Of a stretch of 64,000 nucleotides of DNA, positions 29,889 to 40,047 are shown piece by piece; the first letter of the stretch is position 1; every line of letters starts with the position of its first letter. The notes beneath the pieces are model-generated. The model did not search any database and was not told the DNA's origin. It saw only the letters and a list, made by a program, of their open reading frames with translations. The position numbers and the translations under genes are program-made. The stretch is from Clostridia bacterium (GTDB taxonomy: Bacteria; Bacillota; Clostridia; Oscillospirales; Acutalibacteraceae). The stretch covers positions 19,408 to 83,407 of the forward strand of contig JAFRJS010000084.1 in the NCBI GenBank assembly GCA_017432165.1. The letters run 5' to 3'.

Positions 29889-30722
29889 TTATTTGCTGTT
29901 TCTGCGTTTTACTATAAATTTATTTGAAGCTTTTTTCTTAGCTCTTGTCTTATATCCAAGTGCCGGTTTACCCCAAGGTGTTGTAGGACCTGGACGTCCA
30001 ATTGGTGATTTACCTTCACCACCACCGTGCGGGTGATCACATGGGTTCATTACGGAACCTCTTACTTGCGGTCTCCAGCCCATATTACGTTTACGGCCGG
30101 CTTTACCGATCTTTACATTTTCGTGGTCAATATTTCCAACTTGACCAATAGATGCCATACACTCAGCAGGAACATTTCTAAGTTCTCCCGAAGGAAGTCT
30201 TAAAAGTGCAAGTTTGCCTTCTTTTGCCATTAACTGTGCCATGTTTCCCGCTGCTCTTGCAAGCTGTGCACCTTTTCCCGGGTGAAGTTCAACGTTGTGA
30301 ACAAATGTACCAACCGGAATGCTGGAAAGCGGAAGTGCATTACCCACTTTAATATCTGCTTCGGTTCCTGCCATAATTTCTTGGCCAACTGTTAATCCTT
30401 CCGGTGCAATGATGTATCTTTTTTCACCGTCGGCATATTCAACAAGTGCAATATGTGAAGAACGGTTCGGATCGTACTCAAGGGTTAAAACTTTACCCGG
30501 AACATCAAATTTTTGACGTTTAAAATCTATAATGCGGTATTTTCTACGATTTCCGCCGCCTCTGTGACGAACTGTTATGCGGCCGTAGCTGTTGCGTCCT
30601 GCTTTTTTGTTCATAGGAAGTAACAAACTTTTTTCCGGCGCTACTTTTGATAATTCTGAATAATCTGTAACCGACATATTACGTCTTGACGCTGTGGTCG
30701 GTTTGTAATTTTTAATTGCCAA
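29889..30722 (-). CDS. rplB: 50S ribosomal protein uL2
   Basis: [14 protein letters not shown]...[24 protein letters not shown]. Confidence 0.97.
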   Translation of the reverse strand: MAIKNYKPTTASRRNMSVTDYSELSKVAPEKSLLLPMNKKAGRNSYGRITVRHRGGGNRRKYRIIDFKRQKFDVPGKVLTLEYDPNRSSHIALVEYADGEKRYIIAPEGLTVGQEIMAGTEADIKVGNALPLSSIPVGTFVHNVELHPGKGAQLARAAGNMAQLMAKEGKLALLRLPSGELRNVPAECMASIGQVGNIDHENVKIGKAGRKRNMGWRPQVRGSVMNPCDHPHGGGEGKSPIGRPGPTTPWGKPALGYKTRAKKKASNKFIVKRRNSK

Positions 30723-30793
30723 TTAATTCACTCTCCTTAAAAGTTAAGCTTTGCGGAGGCTGACTCCTCCTTACGCTGCTTTTTATAATTTTA

Positions 30794-31084
30794 TTAAATC
30801 ATACCTTCAAAGAATTCAATCGCTTTGCTTTCCGGCGTTAAGGTTACATAAGCTTTTTTCCAAGATGGTGTATAACCCGAAAATCTGCCCTGGCGGCGAA
30901 ATCTTCCTCTAACGTGAAGTGTGCTGACTTTAGCAACTTTTACTTTAAAAATTTCTTCAACCGCTTTTGCAATTTCAATTTTATTTGCATTTTTTGCAAC
31001 TTCAAAGGTGTATTTTTTACTCGGCATACCTGTCATTGTTTTTTCTGTAACAATGGGGCGAATAATTATATCATGTGCCAACAT
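30794..31084 (-). CDS. rplW: 50S ribosomal protein uL23
   Basis: DIIIRPIVTEKTM...YTFEVAKNANKIEIAKAVEEIFKVKV. Confidence 0.96.
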   Translation of the reverse strand: MLAHDIIIRPIVTEKTMTGMPSKKYTFEVAKNANKIEIAKAVEEIFKVKVAKVSTLHVRGRFRRQGRFSGYTPSWKKAYVTLTPESKAIEFFEGMI

Positions 31085-31707
31085 TATGCATACACCTCCT
31101 CGATTTTAGCAACTGCATCTTTAAGTATTACTAATTTATTTGCATTCAAAATGTCGTAAACATTAAGTGTATTTACTTGTGATGTTTTTATGCCTTTTAA
31201 ATTTCTTGCTGATTTAATAATTTTGTCGTCTAATTCCGGCAATACTATAAGTGCTTTCTTTTCTACACCTATTGCACTTAAAGCATTAGCAACTGTTTTG
31301 GTTTTGTATTCTTCCATTTGTAAAGAATCAAGAACTATTATGTCGCTGCTAATCATTTTACTGGAAAATGCAGACTTCATAGCCAAACGTCTGACTTTTT
31401 TGTTTACGCTGTAGCTATAATCACGCGGTTTTGGTGCAAAAACTACACCACCGTGTCTCCACTGAGGAGCTCTTATGGAACCTTGACGTGCATGGCCTGT
31501 TCCTTTTTGTCTCCATGGCTTTCTTCCGCCACCGGAAACTTCTGAACGTGTAAGCGCACTTTGCGTTCCTTGGCGCATATTTGCAAGGTGATTTACAACT
31601 ACATCATGCATAACTGAATTATTGGGTGTAATCGAAAATATACTATCCGGTAATTCAATACTTCCAACTTCTTTACCTGCTATATCAAGCACTGCTATAC
31701 TAGGCAT
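31084..31707 (-). CDS. rplD: 50S ribosomal protein uL4
   Basis: TRSEVSGGGRKPWRQKGTGHARQGSIRAPQWRHGGVVF. Confidence 0.97.
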   Translation of the reverse strand: MPSIAVLDIAGKEVGSIELPDSIFSITPNNSVMHDVVVNHLANMRQGTQSALTRSEVSGGGRKPWRQKGTGHARQGSIRAPQWRHGGVVFAPKPRDYSYSVNKKVRRLAMKSAFSSKMISSDIIVLDSLQMEEYKTKTVANALSAIGVEKKALIVLPELDDKIIKSARNLKGIKTSQVNTLNVYDILNANKLVILKDAVAKIEEVYA

Positions 31708-31724
31708 TTACAATTCCTCCTTCC

Positions 31725-32357
31725 TTAAGCTTTAACGCTGTCGCAAATAAGCACTATTCCGCCATTTGGCCCGGGAACTGCACCTTTTATTGCAATCAAA
31801 TTATTTTCTACATCAACTTTAACGATTTTTAAATTCTGAACCGTTACTCTTTCCGCACCGAGATGTCCGGACATTTTCTTGCCCTTAAATACTCTTGACG
31901 GATCTGAACATGCACCAATCGAACCACCTTTACGTACAACAGGTCCGCTACCGTGTGTTTCTTTTAAACGTCTGAAATTCCAGCGTTTAATAACACCTGC
32001 ATATCCTTTACCTTTGCTTGTACCGACTATGTCGATTTTGTCACCATTTTCAAAAACATCTGCTTTGATTATATCGCCGACATTATATGTGCTTATGTCG
32101 TCAAAACGGCATTCTCTAAGCACTCTTTTCGGTGCGATATCTGATTTATCAAAATGTCCTTTCATTGGCTTGTTAACCAGTTTCGGTCTTAAATCTCCAA
32201 AACCGATTTGAACTGCATCGTAACCGTCTGTTTCCACAGTTTTTTTCTGCGATACAACGCACGGCCCTGCTTCAACAACAGTTACCGGAACGACTTTGCC
32301 ATTTTCGTCAAAAATTTGAGTCATTCCAATTTTTTTACCCAGAATTGCTTTCTTCAT
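31725..32357 (-). CDS. rplC: 50S ribosomal protein uL3
   Basis: [33 protein letters not shown]... Confidence 0.97.
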   Translation of the reverse strand: MKKAILGKKIGMTQIFDENGKVVPVTVVEAGPCVVSQKKTVETDGYDAVQIGFGDLRPKLVNKPMKGHFDKSDIAPKRVLRECRFDDISTYNVGDIIKADVFENGDKIDIVGTSKGKGYAGVIKRWNFRRLKETHGSGPVVRKGGSIGACSDPSRVFKGKKMSGHLGAERVTVQNLKIVKVDVENNLIAIKGAVPGPNGGIVLICDSVKA

Positions 32358-32428
32358 GATTTTTTCCTCCTGATTTTAGGTTATTGGTTGACATTTCGCC
32401 AACATGACCCCGTCTACATGTTCGTTGA

Positions 32429-32740
32429 TTAGAGTTTGATTTCTATTTCAACACCTGCAGGGAGTTCAAGATTCATCATAGAATCAACGGTTTTGTTTGA
32501 AGGTCTTAAGATGTCGATTAATCTCTTATGAGTTCTCATTTCAAACTGCTCACGGCTATCTTTGTTAACATGAACCGAACGGAGAATTGTTACGACTTGC
32601 TTCTCAGTTGGTAACGGTACCGGACCCGAGACTTTAGAACCCGTTCTTGTTGCGGTTTGAATGATCTTTTGAGATGCTGCATCTACAAGTTTCACATCAT
32701 AACCCTTAATTCTAATTCTGATTTTTTCTTTGACTGCCAT
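32429..32740 (-). CDS. rpsJ: 30S ribosomal protein uS10
   Basis: [40 protein letters not shown]... First gene of the S10 operon. AAGGAGG RBS. Confidence 0.97.
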   Translation of the reverse strand: MAVKEKIRIRIKGYDVKLVDAASQKIIQTATRTGSKVSGPVPLPTEKQVVTILRSVHVNKDSREQFEMRTHKRLIDILRPSNKTVDSMMNLELPAGVEIEIKL

Positions 32741-33026
32741 TTAAATCGCCTCCTTACTGAATTTATTAGTGGTGGGCGGCTTACTTTTAAATAATCAACT
32801 CATCCGGGTGTTTCAAAATCTGCTTCAAATAAAAAGCGGATAAACCTTAGTTTAACCCGGAAAATTTAAAAGTAAATATGTTTTAAAGCAAACTTCAATA
32901 TGTAATTTGATTTAAAAACTTTTAAAATTTTCGCCCGGTTTAAAATCGGACATACTCCACGGAAAAACCAGCAAAAATGCTGCAACCTCCCGCTTCAACG
33001 CATATCTTTTGCAGTCGTACCAATAT

Positions 33027-33055
33027 ATAATAACATATTATTTTTAAAAAATCAA
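33027..33055 (-). promoter_or_regulatory. Candidate promoter of the S10 operon (extended -10)
   Basis: Minus strand TTGATT (33055..33050), 17-nt spacer ending in TGT, TATTAT (33032..33027). This implies a leader of about 280 nt before rpsJ. Confidence 0.4.
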
Positions 33056-33087
33056 GTTTTTATTTCATTTTTTCTAATATTTTTACA

Positions 33088-33122
33088 AATAAAAAAGTGG
33101 CTACCAAAAATTTGATAACCAC
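33088..33122 (-). terminator. Rho-independent terminator after the nucleotide transporter gene
   Basis: Minus-strand RNA GUGGUUAUCA-AAUUUU-UGGUAGCCAC forms a 10-bp stem with two G-U pairs, followed by UUUUUUAUUU. Confidence 0.7.
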
Positions 33123-33134
33123 TTTAAAAATTTA

Positions 33135-34646
33135 TTATTCAGCTTCGTTTTTTTCTGCAACTTTTTTTTCATATTTTTTGCTAAGGTTAAATACTGAACA
33201 TACCCAACCGATTGCAGTAATAGCAAATATTACGAAAATTGTTCCAACGTGGCTGGTTAATTTTGATCCTGCGCTTACAACTCCCGTTAAAATGTTTTGA
33301 ATCAAGGAAGAACCGGCTTTACCTGCACGGCCACCAATAACTTCAACCGCTGCTTGACCTTTCGATCTTGATTCAGCATCAAGCGGGAGATATGCCATAT
33401 TCTTTGTGGCGTCAAATAAACAGTATTTTACACTCTTTGAAAGTGCATCTTGGGCCATTCCAAACCAAACCGCAAGAGCAACAAAGTTTAATCCAAAAAT
33501 CATTGTGGAAACATAATTTCCGTAAAGAACTATGCCAAAGAAAATTCCGCCAAATACTCCAAGAATTATAGCAGGAACCAAAGCGGCTGTTCTCCATTTT
33601 GTTTTTCTGATGATGTTCTGCCCGATAACAGAAGCCACAATAGTTAAAATACCTACAAGTATAGAAAGATTTCCCATCATAGCTTGATATTGATTTGGAT
33701 CCGGGAAGTATATTCTCATATATGCTTTCCAAATAACTTCAGCAAAGTTAATTGCAACACCATAACAAATAACAATTGCACTAATAAGTAGTAGATATGG
33801 AGATTTGAAAAGGAATTTAATTCCGTCCATAACACCGACTTTTTCTTTTTTCTTCTTTTCTTTTACTTGAGTTGCATCAAAATATCTTGGATCTTTAAGT
33901 ACAACATTGTTAACGTACCAGAAAAGCACTATTGCAATCAAACCGCAAACAATACTTGAGGTAACACAAATGTAGAAAGATTTTTCGCCTTTAAAGTTGC
34001 TGGAAATAAATTTAAGTAAGAAACCGGAAAGTGTAACACCAACGTTTCCTATTACGGCATAAAGCCCAAAGAATCTCTTAACTTCATTTTTCATTGTTGC
34101 TTTGTAAGCAAATTGCCAGAAGAGTGAGGAAATTGCTATTGTTCCCCAGAGTTCTGAGAATACATAAAATAATGTAAATGACCAGTTTGTTATGCATGGA
34201 ACTGTCCAATAAAGGAATGAAGGCCAAGCAGCTTGCATTGCTTTAACAGTTGCTTCATTTGGGTGTATGTAAGCTCTGCTTGGAAATAAAAACAGCAAAA
34301 ACACTACATAAAACGATAAAAACGACGTAATTAATATGTAAAATGTTTTATTAAATCCGAATTTATTAATTAAAAACGAATAAAGCATAACAAGTAAAAA
34401 TGCAGAAGGCATTACGAAAAAGAACTTAAGCTGAGCAATAAGTTCAGGGCCTCCTAAAACCGCATAATACTGTATTAGTGGATCTTTAAGATCCCTTACC
34501 ATTGTGTAAACAAATAAAATGAAAAACATGAGTAAACTCATTGAAAAGAACTTTTTCATTTCATAGCCGTGAACCGGGAATAAAGCTGATCTAAGTGGGC
34601 TAAACTCAGTAGCTTTGGCAGAACCCGCAGGGTTTGCATCTTTCAT
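33135..34646 (-). CDS. Tlc/NTT-family nucleotide (ATP/ADP) transporter
   Basis: 503 aa, about 12 TM segments. KKFFSMSLLMFFILFVYTMVRDLKDPLI matches the signature N-terminal helix of Npt1/Tlc ADP/ATP carriers. The C-terminal part reads DATKNMAYLPLDAESRSKGQAAVEVIGGRAGKAG. Confidence 0.85.
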   Translation of the reverse strand: MKDANPAGSAKATEFSPLRSALFPVHGYEMKKFFSMSLLMFFILFVYTMVRDLKDPLIQYYAVLGGPELIAQLKFFFVMPSAFLLVMLYSFLINKFGFNKTFYILITSFLSFYVVFLLFLFPSRAYIHPNEATVKAMQAAWPSFLYWTVPCITNWSFTLFYVFSELWGTIAISSLFWQFAYKATMKNEVKRFFGLYAVIGNVGVTLSGFLLKFISSNFKGEKSFYICVTSSIVCGLIAIVLFWYVNNVVLKDPRYFDATQVKEKKKKEKVGVMDGIKFLFKSPYLLLISAIVICYGVAINFAEVIWKAYMRIYFPDPNQYQAMMGNLSILVGILTIVASVIGQNIIRKTKWRTAALVPAIILGVFGGIFFGIVLYGNYVSTMIFGLNFVALAVWFGMAQDALSKSVKYCLFDATKNMAYLPLDAESRSKGQAAVEVIGGRAGKAGSSLIQNILTGVVSAGSKLTSHVGTIFVIFAITAIGWVCSVFNLSKKYEKKVAEKNEAE

Positions 34647-34740
34647 AAAACTTTCAATCCTTTCATAATTTTAAATTAATAGACCAGTAAAAGCTTTAAA
34701 TTTATTTTACAGTCTATTTTAAGAATAGTCTTACTGATCT

Positions 34741-34769
34741 ATTATAACAGTTATTTTAAAAAATGTAAA
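34741..34769 (-). promoter_or_regulatory. Candidate promoter of the nucleotide transporter gene
   Basis: Minus strand TTTACA (34769..34764), 17-nt spacer ending in TGT, TATAAT (34746..34741). The predicted transcript starts at a 10-bp long-range stem, AGAUCAGUAA...UUACUGGUCU (34740..34681). Confidence 0.5.
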
Positions 34770-34810
34770 TAATTAATTTAAAAATTATTTTATACAAAAT
34801 ATAGAAATTT

Positions 34811-35827
34811 TTATTTAATACTTTCAAATTCACAGCCATGTTTAGCGGCATAAGCCTGCGCCGTGGAGCCTTCTGGGGCTTTTATTTTTATATTGTTGCA
34901 ACATCCCGCAAAAATTTTATTGCCAAGTGCAATATCTTTTGACATAAAAATTACTTCTTTAAGTAAGCTACAATTATAAAACACCATATTTCCTAAAGAA
35001 ACAACCGAATCCCCTATTACAATTTTTTCTAACGAAGCACATTCCGAAAAAGCATTTGCACGAATTTTCTTTACAGAATCATTCATTTCTACAAATTTTA
35101 AATTCTGACAACCACCGAATGCTCCTTCGTCTACATACATAACATTTTTGCCAAAAACTACTTCTTTTAAATTTTTACATTCAAAAAATGAAAATTCTTT
35201 AATGGTTGTAACACTTTTTGGAATTATAACTTTTTCTTTACACTTTTCCGGGCAAACACAAAGCTCCGTTAATTTCTTATTGTAAAGTATGCCATCTAAA
35301 GAGCTATAATACCTATTTTTGGGGCTAACTTCAATTTTTTCCATTTTACTGCAACCCCAAACAAATAATTCATCGGCAAAATTTAAATTTTTTCCTATGT
35401 ACATATCAGAAACACTTGCACAATTTCCAAAAGCCAAACGACCTATTCTTTCTAAACTATCCGGAAGTTTAAGCAATTTTATGCCGGAACAATCATAAAA
35501 AGCGCATTCGTCAATGATTTTTAAATTTTTTGGAAAGGTTACTTCTTCAATTTCTAAATGGCTTAAAAATACGCCAAAATTTATCTTTTCCACTCTTTCC
35601 GGTATAACCACCTTTTTGGCATATCCTTTGTAAGAAATTAAAACACCGCTTTCATCTATAACAAAATCGGTTTGAGAAGCTTCTTCCTTTAAAATTTGCT
35701 CGGTGCTTTCAGAAACATCATTCCCAAAAATTTCTTCTTCGCCAAAATCTTCACCGCTACAGTTAAACATAGATAAAACTGACATAAATAAAACAGGTAA
35801 AAAAATTTTTAATGCTTTTCTTTTCAT
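34811..35827 (-). CDS. Secreted leucine-rich-repeat protein (BspA-like LRR_5 family)
   Basis: N-terminal signal sequence MKRKALKIFLPVLFMSVLSMF. Repeated I-x-I-P-x-S-V-x-x-I-x-x-x-A-F-x-x-C-x-x-L units (e.g. IDECAFYDCSGIKLLKLPDSLERIGRLAFGNCASV). Confidence 0.8.
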   Translation of the reverse strand: MKRKALKIFLPVLFMSVLSMFNCSGEDFGEEEIFGNDVSESTEQILKEEASQTDFVIDESGVLISYKGYAKKVVIPERVEKINFGVFLSHLEIEEVTFPKNLKIIDECAFYDCSGIKLLKLPDSLERIGRLAFGNCASVSDMYIGKNLNFADELFVWGCSKMEKIEVSPKNRYYSSLDGILYNKKLTELCVCPEKCKEKVIIPKSVTTIKEFSFFECKNLKEVVFGKNVMYVDEGAFGGCQNLKFVEMNDSVKKIRANAFSECASLEKIVIGDSVVSLGNMVFYNCSLLKEVIFMSKDIALGNKIFAGCCNNIKIKAPEGSTAQAYAAKHGCEFESIK

Positions 35828-35913
35828 AAATAAGCCCCCAAATATAAATATCCATATATCCCAAGAAATATATGTTAAAGTCTAACATATTATGAATGTA
35901 TAAGTCAATTAAA

Positions 35914-37602
35914 TTATTTACTAATTTTAAAACTATCCTTAAGACCAACACTACGATTAAAAATCAAGTTATTTTCTGTACTTTTTTTATCCGGGCAAAA
36001 ATACCCTTTCCTCATAAATTGATAAGATTCGCCTATTTTAGAATTTTTCAAAAAACTTTCTACTTTACAGTTTTTAATAACTTCCAAAGATTTTGGATTT
36101 AAAACTTTTATAAAATCTTCTTCTTGCTCCGGGTTTGAACTTAAAAACAAATTATCGTACAAATTAACCTGAGCATTCACGGCTGTTTTTACATCAACCC
36201 AGTGAATAGTTCCCCTAATTTTTCTTCCGTCTGCGGGGTTACCGCCTTTTGAATTCGGGTCATACTCTGCATAAACTTCTAAAATATTACCATTTTCGTC
36301 TTTTTTACAGCCTGTACATTTCACTACATACGCCGATTTTAAACGAACTTCGTTTCCGGGGAAAAGTCTATAATATTTTTTGGGAGGAACTTCCTCAAAA
36401 TCATCAGACTCAATGTAAACTTCCCTTGAAAACGTGATTTTTCTTTTTCCAGCCGCTTCATCATTAGGGTTATTTTCAATTTCCAGTTCTTCCGATTTTC
36501 CCTCCGGATAATTCGTTATAATTAACTTTATCGGACTAAGAACTGCCATTGCACGTGTAGCTTTTAAATTCAAATCATCTCTCAGACAATGCTCCAAAAA
36601 TGAATATTCCACCGTGCTAATTACCTTTGAAACGCCAATTTTATCGCAAAAATTTCTAATCGATGCCGGAGTATACCCACGCCTTCTTAATCCGCAAATA
36701 GTAGGAAGTCTTGGGTCGTCCCAACCGTCCACATAACCTTCTTCAACCAATTTTCTAAGTTTGCGCTTACTCATAACGGTGTTATTTATATTAAGCCTTG
36801 CAAATTCAATCTGTCTGGGCTTTTTATCTGTGTCAAAATTATTTACCACCCAATCATACAGCGGTCTGTGATCTTCAAATTCCAGTGTACAAAGCGAATG
36901 CGTTATACCCTCGGCAATATCCTCAATCGGGTGAGCGTAATCATACATGGGATAAATACACCATTTATCTTTTGTTCTGTGATGTGCGGCATGATTTATC
37001 CTGTAAATAACAGGGTCTCTCATATTAAAATTACCGGAAGAAAGATCAATTTTTGCCCTAAGTGTCATTTTACCGTCGGGAAACTCGCCGTTTTTCATTC
37101 GCAAAAATAAATCTAAACTCTCCGAAATCGGTCTGTCACGATACGGACTTACTGCCGGAGTTTTGGCATCCCCCCTGTTTTTCTTAACTTCTTCCGGACT
37201 AAGTTCGCAAACGTAAGCCAGACCTTTTTTTATTAAATTACACGCATTTTCAAACATAACATCAAAATAATCCGAAGCATAGTAAAATCTTTCGCCCCAG
37301 TCAAACCCAAGCCATTTGACGTCTTCTTTTATGGAATCCACATACTCCACATCTTCTTTAGAGGGGTTCGTGTCATCCATTCTAAGGTTGCAAAGCCCGT
37401 TAAATTTTTTGGCAACACCAAAATCCACACAAATTGCTTTTGCATGGCCAATATGAAGGTAACCGTTCGGCTCAGGCGGAAAACGAGTATGAATGCCTTC
37501 CTTCAAATTTTCATTTCGAGCAATATCTTTTTTTACAGCCTCAAAAATAAAATTACTGTCGGCACTAATTTCTTCTGTTTTAGTGTTTTCAATTTCGCTC
37601 AT
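35914..37602 (-). CDS. glnS: Glutamine--tRNA ligase
   Basis: 562 aa. [25 protein letters not shown]...[10 protein letters not shown] (HIGH region) and VMSKRKL (KMSKS). Confidence 0.93.
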   Translation of the reverse strand: MSEIENTKTEEISADSNFIFEAVKKDIARNENLKEGIHTRFPPEPNGYLHIGHAKAICVDFGVAKKFNGLCNLRMDDTNPSKEDVEYVDSIKEDVKWLGFDWGERFYYASDYFDVMFENACNLIKKGLAYVCELSPEEVKKNRGDAKTPAVSPYRDRPISESLDLFLRMKNGEFPDGKMTLRAKIDLSSGNFNMRDPVIYRINHAAHHRTKDKWCIYPMYDYAHPIEDIAEGITHSLCTLEFEDHRPLYDWVVNNFDTDKKPRQIEFARLNINNTVMSKRKLRKLVEEGYVDGWDDPRLPTICGLRRRGYTPASIRNFCDKIGVSKVISTVEYSFLEHCLRDDLNLKATRAMAVLSPIKLIITNYPEGKSEELEIENNPNDEAAGKRKITFSREVYIESDDFEEVPPKKYYRLFPGNEVRLKSAYVVKCTGCKKDENGNILEVYAEYDPNSKGGNPADGRKIRGTIHWVDVKTAVNAQVNLYDNLFLSSNPEQEEDFIKVLNPKSLEVIKNCKVESFLKNSKIGESYQFMRKGYFCPDKKSTENNLIFNRSVGLKDSFKISK

Positions 37603-37614
37603 AAATTTTTCTCC

Positions 37615-39051
37615 TTACAGCAAATTAATGGCGTTTTCTATACGCTTTAAAGATTCATTTTTGCCCAGTATTTCCAGTATTTCAATAGCTCCTCCGGGCG
37701 TTGTTTGTTTTCCGGAAATTGCTATTCTCACGGGCCACATCACAGTTCCGTTTTTAAGTTCTTTTTTACTTGCAAAATCAATTAATAAATCATGCAAAGA
37801 ATCATAATCCCAGCTGCTCAGTTTTTCCAGCTCTTTTTTTACTTCGATTAAAACTGATTTGGAAATTTCGGGATTTGTTTTGCTTTTTTTATTTGTATAA
37901 AGGCTTAAATCATACTCCGCCACATGCGCAAAAAAGTCTATCATCTCGGGAATTTCACTAAGTTTGGAAATCCTGCTTTTTAAAAGCTTTGCTATTTTTG
38001 AAACATCGCAAATATCACTTTTAACCACCGAATTTATATACGGCATGGCAAGGTTTTCAAAATCTTCCTCGCTTTTTAATTTTAAATACTCGCTATTAAA
38101 CCAATCCAGCTTTTTATAATCAAAAACTGCAGGAGATTTACTGATTCTTTGCGGCGAAAATTCTTTAACAAGTTCCGCCAAGCTAAAAATTTCTTTATTG
38201 CTGTCCGGGCACCAACCCAAGAACGCTATGTAATTAATAATTGCTTCCGGGAGGTAGCCCATTTTTACCAAATCCTCAAAGCTAACCGCACCATGACGCT
38301 TAGAAAGCTTTGAAACAGTGCCGTCTTCGTCTTTACCCATAATAAGCGGCAAATGAATATAAACAGGAATTTCCCAACCGAGAGCTTTATACAAAAGATT
38401 ATATTTAGGTGTGGAAGAAAGATATTCGCAGCCCCTTACAACATGCGTTATGCACATTTCGTGGTCGTCAACGACATTTGCAAAATTGTAGGTTGGAAAG
38501 CCGTCGCTTTTAATCAAAATCTGGTCTTCGAGTTCTTTATTTTCCACCACAACTTCTCCAAAAACCACGTCCTTAAAGGTTGTAACGCCGTCTGTGGGCA
38601 TTTTTTGCCTTATTACATAAGGAATATTTAATTCTAGATTTTTTTGAATTTCCTCTTTACTTAAATCTCTGCATTTATCCTTATGCCCGGACTCTAAATG
38701 CTCGGCACTGTTATCTTCTTTATCGCAAAAACAATAATAAGCCGCACCGTTTTCCACAAGTTTTTTTGCATATGTTAAATATTCACCCTTACGCTCACTT
38801 TGAACATACGGTCCATACTCTCCGCCAATATCGGGGCCTTCGTCGTGCTTTAAACCAACCGCTTTAAGCGTGCTGTATATTACTTGTTCTGCGCCTTCCA
38901 CATATCTTGCTTTGTCTGTGTCTTCAATTCTTAAAATAAAATCCCCGCCACTTGATTTAGCAATCAAATACTCATAAAGCGCAGTCCTTAAATTCCCTAT
39001 GTGCATATATCCCGTAGGGCTTGGCGCAAAACGTGTTCTAACTTTATCCAA
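37615..39051 (-). CDS. gltX: Glutamate--tRNA ligase
   Basis: VRTRFAPSPTGYMHIGNLRTALYEY...KLSKRHG. Start moved to TTG 39051, preceded by AAAGGAG, giving MDKVRTRF. The longer track ORF would overlap the upstream gene by 40 nt. Confidence 0.93.
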   Translation of the reverse strand: MDKVRTRFAPSPTGYMHIGNLRTALYEYLIAKSSGGDFILRIEDTDKARYVEGAEQVIYSTLKAVGLKHDEGPDIGGEYGPYVQSERKGEYLTYAKKLVENGAAYYCFCDKEDNSAEHLESGHKDKCRDLSKEEIQKNLELNIPYVIRQKMPTDGVTTFKDVVFGEVVVENKELEDQILIKSDGFPTYNFANVVDDHEMCITHVVRGCEYLSSTPKYNLLYKALGWEIPVYIHLPLIMGKDEDGTVSKLSKRHGAVSFEDLVKMGYLPEAIINYIAFLGWCPDSNKEIFSLAELVKEFSPQRISKSPAVFDYKKLDWFNSEYLKLKSEEDFENLAMPYINSVVKSDICDVSKIAKLLKSRISKLSEIPEMIDFFAHVAEYDLSLYTNKKSKTNPEISKSVLIEVKKELEKLSSWDYDSLHDLLIDFASKKELKNGTVMWPVRIAISGKQTTPGGAIEILEILGKNESLKRIENAINLL

Positions 39052-39074
39052 TTTATATTTCTCCTTTAATTTTT

Positions 39075-40016
39075 TTATTTCATAAGTTTTTCTGCAACAT
39101 ATTTTTCTAAACAAAGTCCGCTGTCTTTAATAAGCGAAGCATATTTATTACCCACATATCTAAAATGCCAAGGTTCGTAAATTACTCCCGTAACGCTTTC
39201 CCACTTCTTTTGATATCTTTCAATAAATCCATACTTATGTGCATTATTTATAAGCCATTTGTATTCTTTTGTTTTATAAAAATTGTCTTCCACACCGTTA
39301 AAATCAACTGCAAGCCCCGTGTTATGCTCACTTGTGTACGGCCTTGCAACCACTGTTGCCGCACGTTTTTCAGCTTCTTCTTGCGATATTACTTCTTTGT
39401 TTTTTTGTCTTTCCACTTGCCTGTTAAAAAGTTTTTTTTGAAGCACTATATCTCTGTAACCGGAAGAAATCCAAAGATTAATTCCCTCTTTTTTTGCATC
39501 ATTTATCATTTTTTCAAGGTCATCGCAACATTTGGTTGCCACTTCTTTGCCTTTGCAATTTTTTGTTTGTATTTTCAAACTTTCTGAAATCGGGTTATCT
39601 TTATTAATTACCATTATTTCAAAATCACACGATGAATTCCACTCGGAAAAATCATACGACTTTTTAAAACTATCTGCGTCTTCCTCAATCATATCTTCTT
39701 CGTTTAAATCTTCTTCCAATTTTTCTATTTTTTTAGATTCTCTTTCAAATTCATTTTTGGAAAGTTCGTCTAAATCAGAAGTGCCCTCGGCATCTATTTT
39801 AGATTTTAAATTAGTGCCTTCTATTTCAAATTCTTCTTTGTTTTTATAATTATTGTCCACAAATTTGTAAAAAACAAAAACACCACTAACCAACATCAAA
39901 AAAATCCCACTATAAACAAGAGTCCATTTTAAACTTTTACCGGTTAGTTTTTTTATTTTTTTATAAATTTTAAGCTTCAAACTATCTTTTCCCGTCAACC
40001 GTTTATACTCGCTCAT
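39075..40016 (-). CDS. Membrane-anchored VanY-like D-alanyl-D-alanine carboxypeptidase (peptidase M15B)
   Basis: N-terminal TM helix. C-terminal SGYRD...ARPYTSEHNTGLAVDF...EPWHFRYVG are the H-x6-D and H zinc-site motifs of VanY/M15. Confidence 0.85.
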   Translation of the reverse strand: MSEYKRLTGKDSLKLKIYKKIKKLTGKSLKWTLVYSGIFLMLVSGVFVFYKFVDNNYKNKEEFEIEGTNLKSKIDAEGTSDLDELSKNEFERESKKIEKLEEDLNEEDMIEEDADSFKKSYDFSEWNSSCDFEIMVINKDNPISESLKIQTKNCKGKEVATKCCDDLEKMINDAKKEGINLWISSGYRDIVLQKKLFNRQVERQKNKEVISQEEAEKRAATVVARPYTSEHNTGLAVDFNGVEDNFYKTKEYKWLINNAHKYGFIERYQKKWESVTGVIYEPWHFRYVGNKYASLIKDSGLCLEKYVAEKLMK

Positions 40017-40047
40017 ATTTAAACACCTCTTACATTAATGTACACGC

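Noticed and set aside
30723-30793. GGAGG-AGTCAG-CCTCC hairpin in the unusually long (71 nt) rplW-rplB spacer as a regulatory element
   Set aside because: The stem is only 5 bp. It lies upstream of, and does not sequester, the actual rplB RBS (AAGGAGAG). This is too little evidence for function.
35763-36102. Small ORFs (35763..35951 minus, 35896..36102 plus) in and around the glnS-LRR spacer
   Set aside because: Their products are AT-rich, I/L/F/Y/N-dominated sequences with no RBS, and they overlap the 3' end of glnS. This is consistent with chance ORFs.
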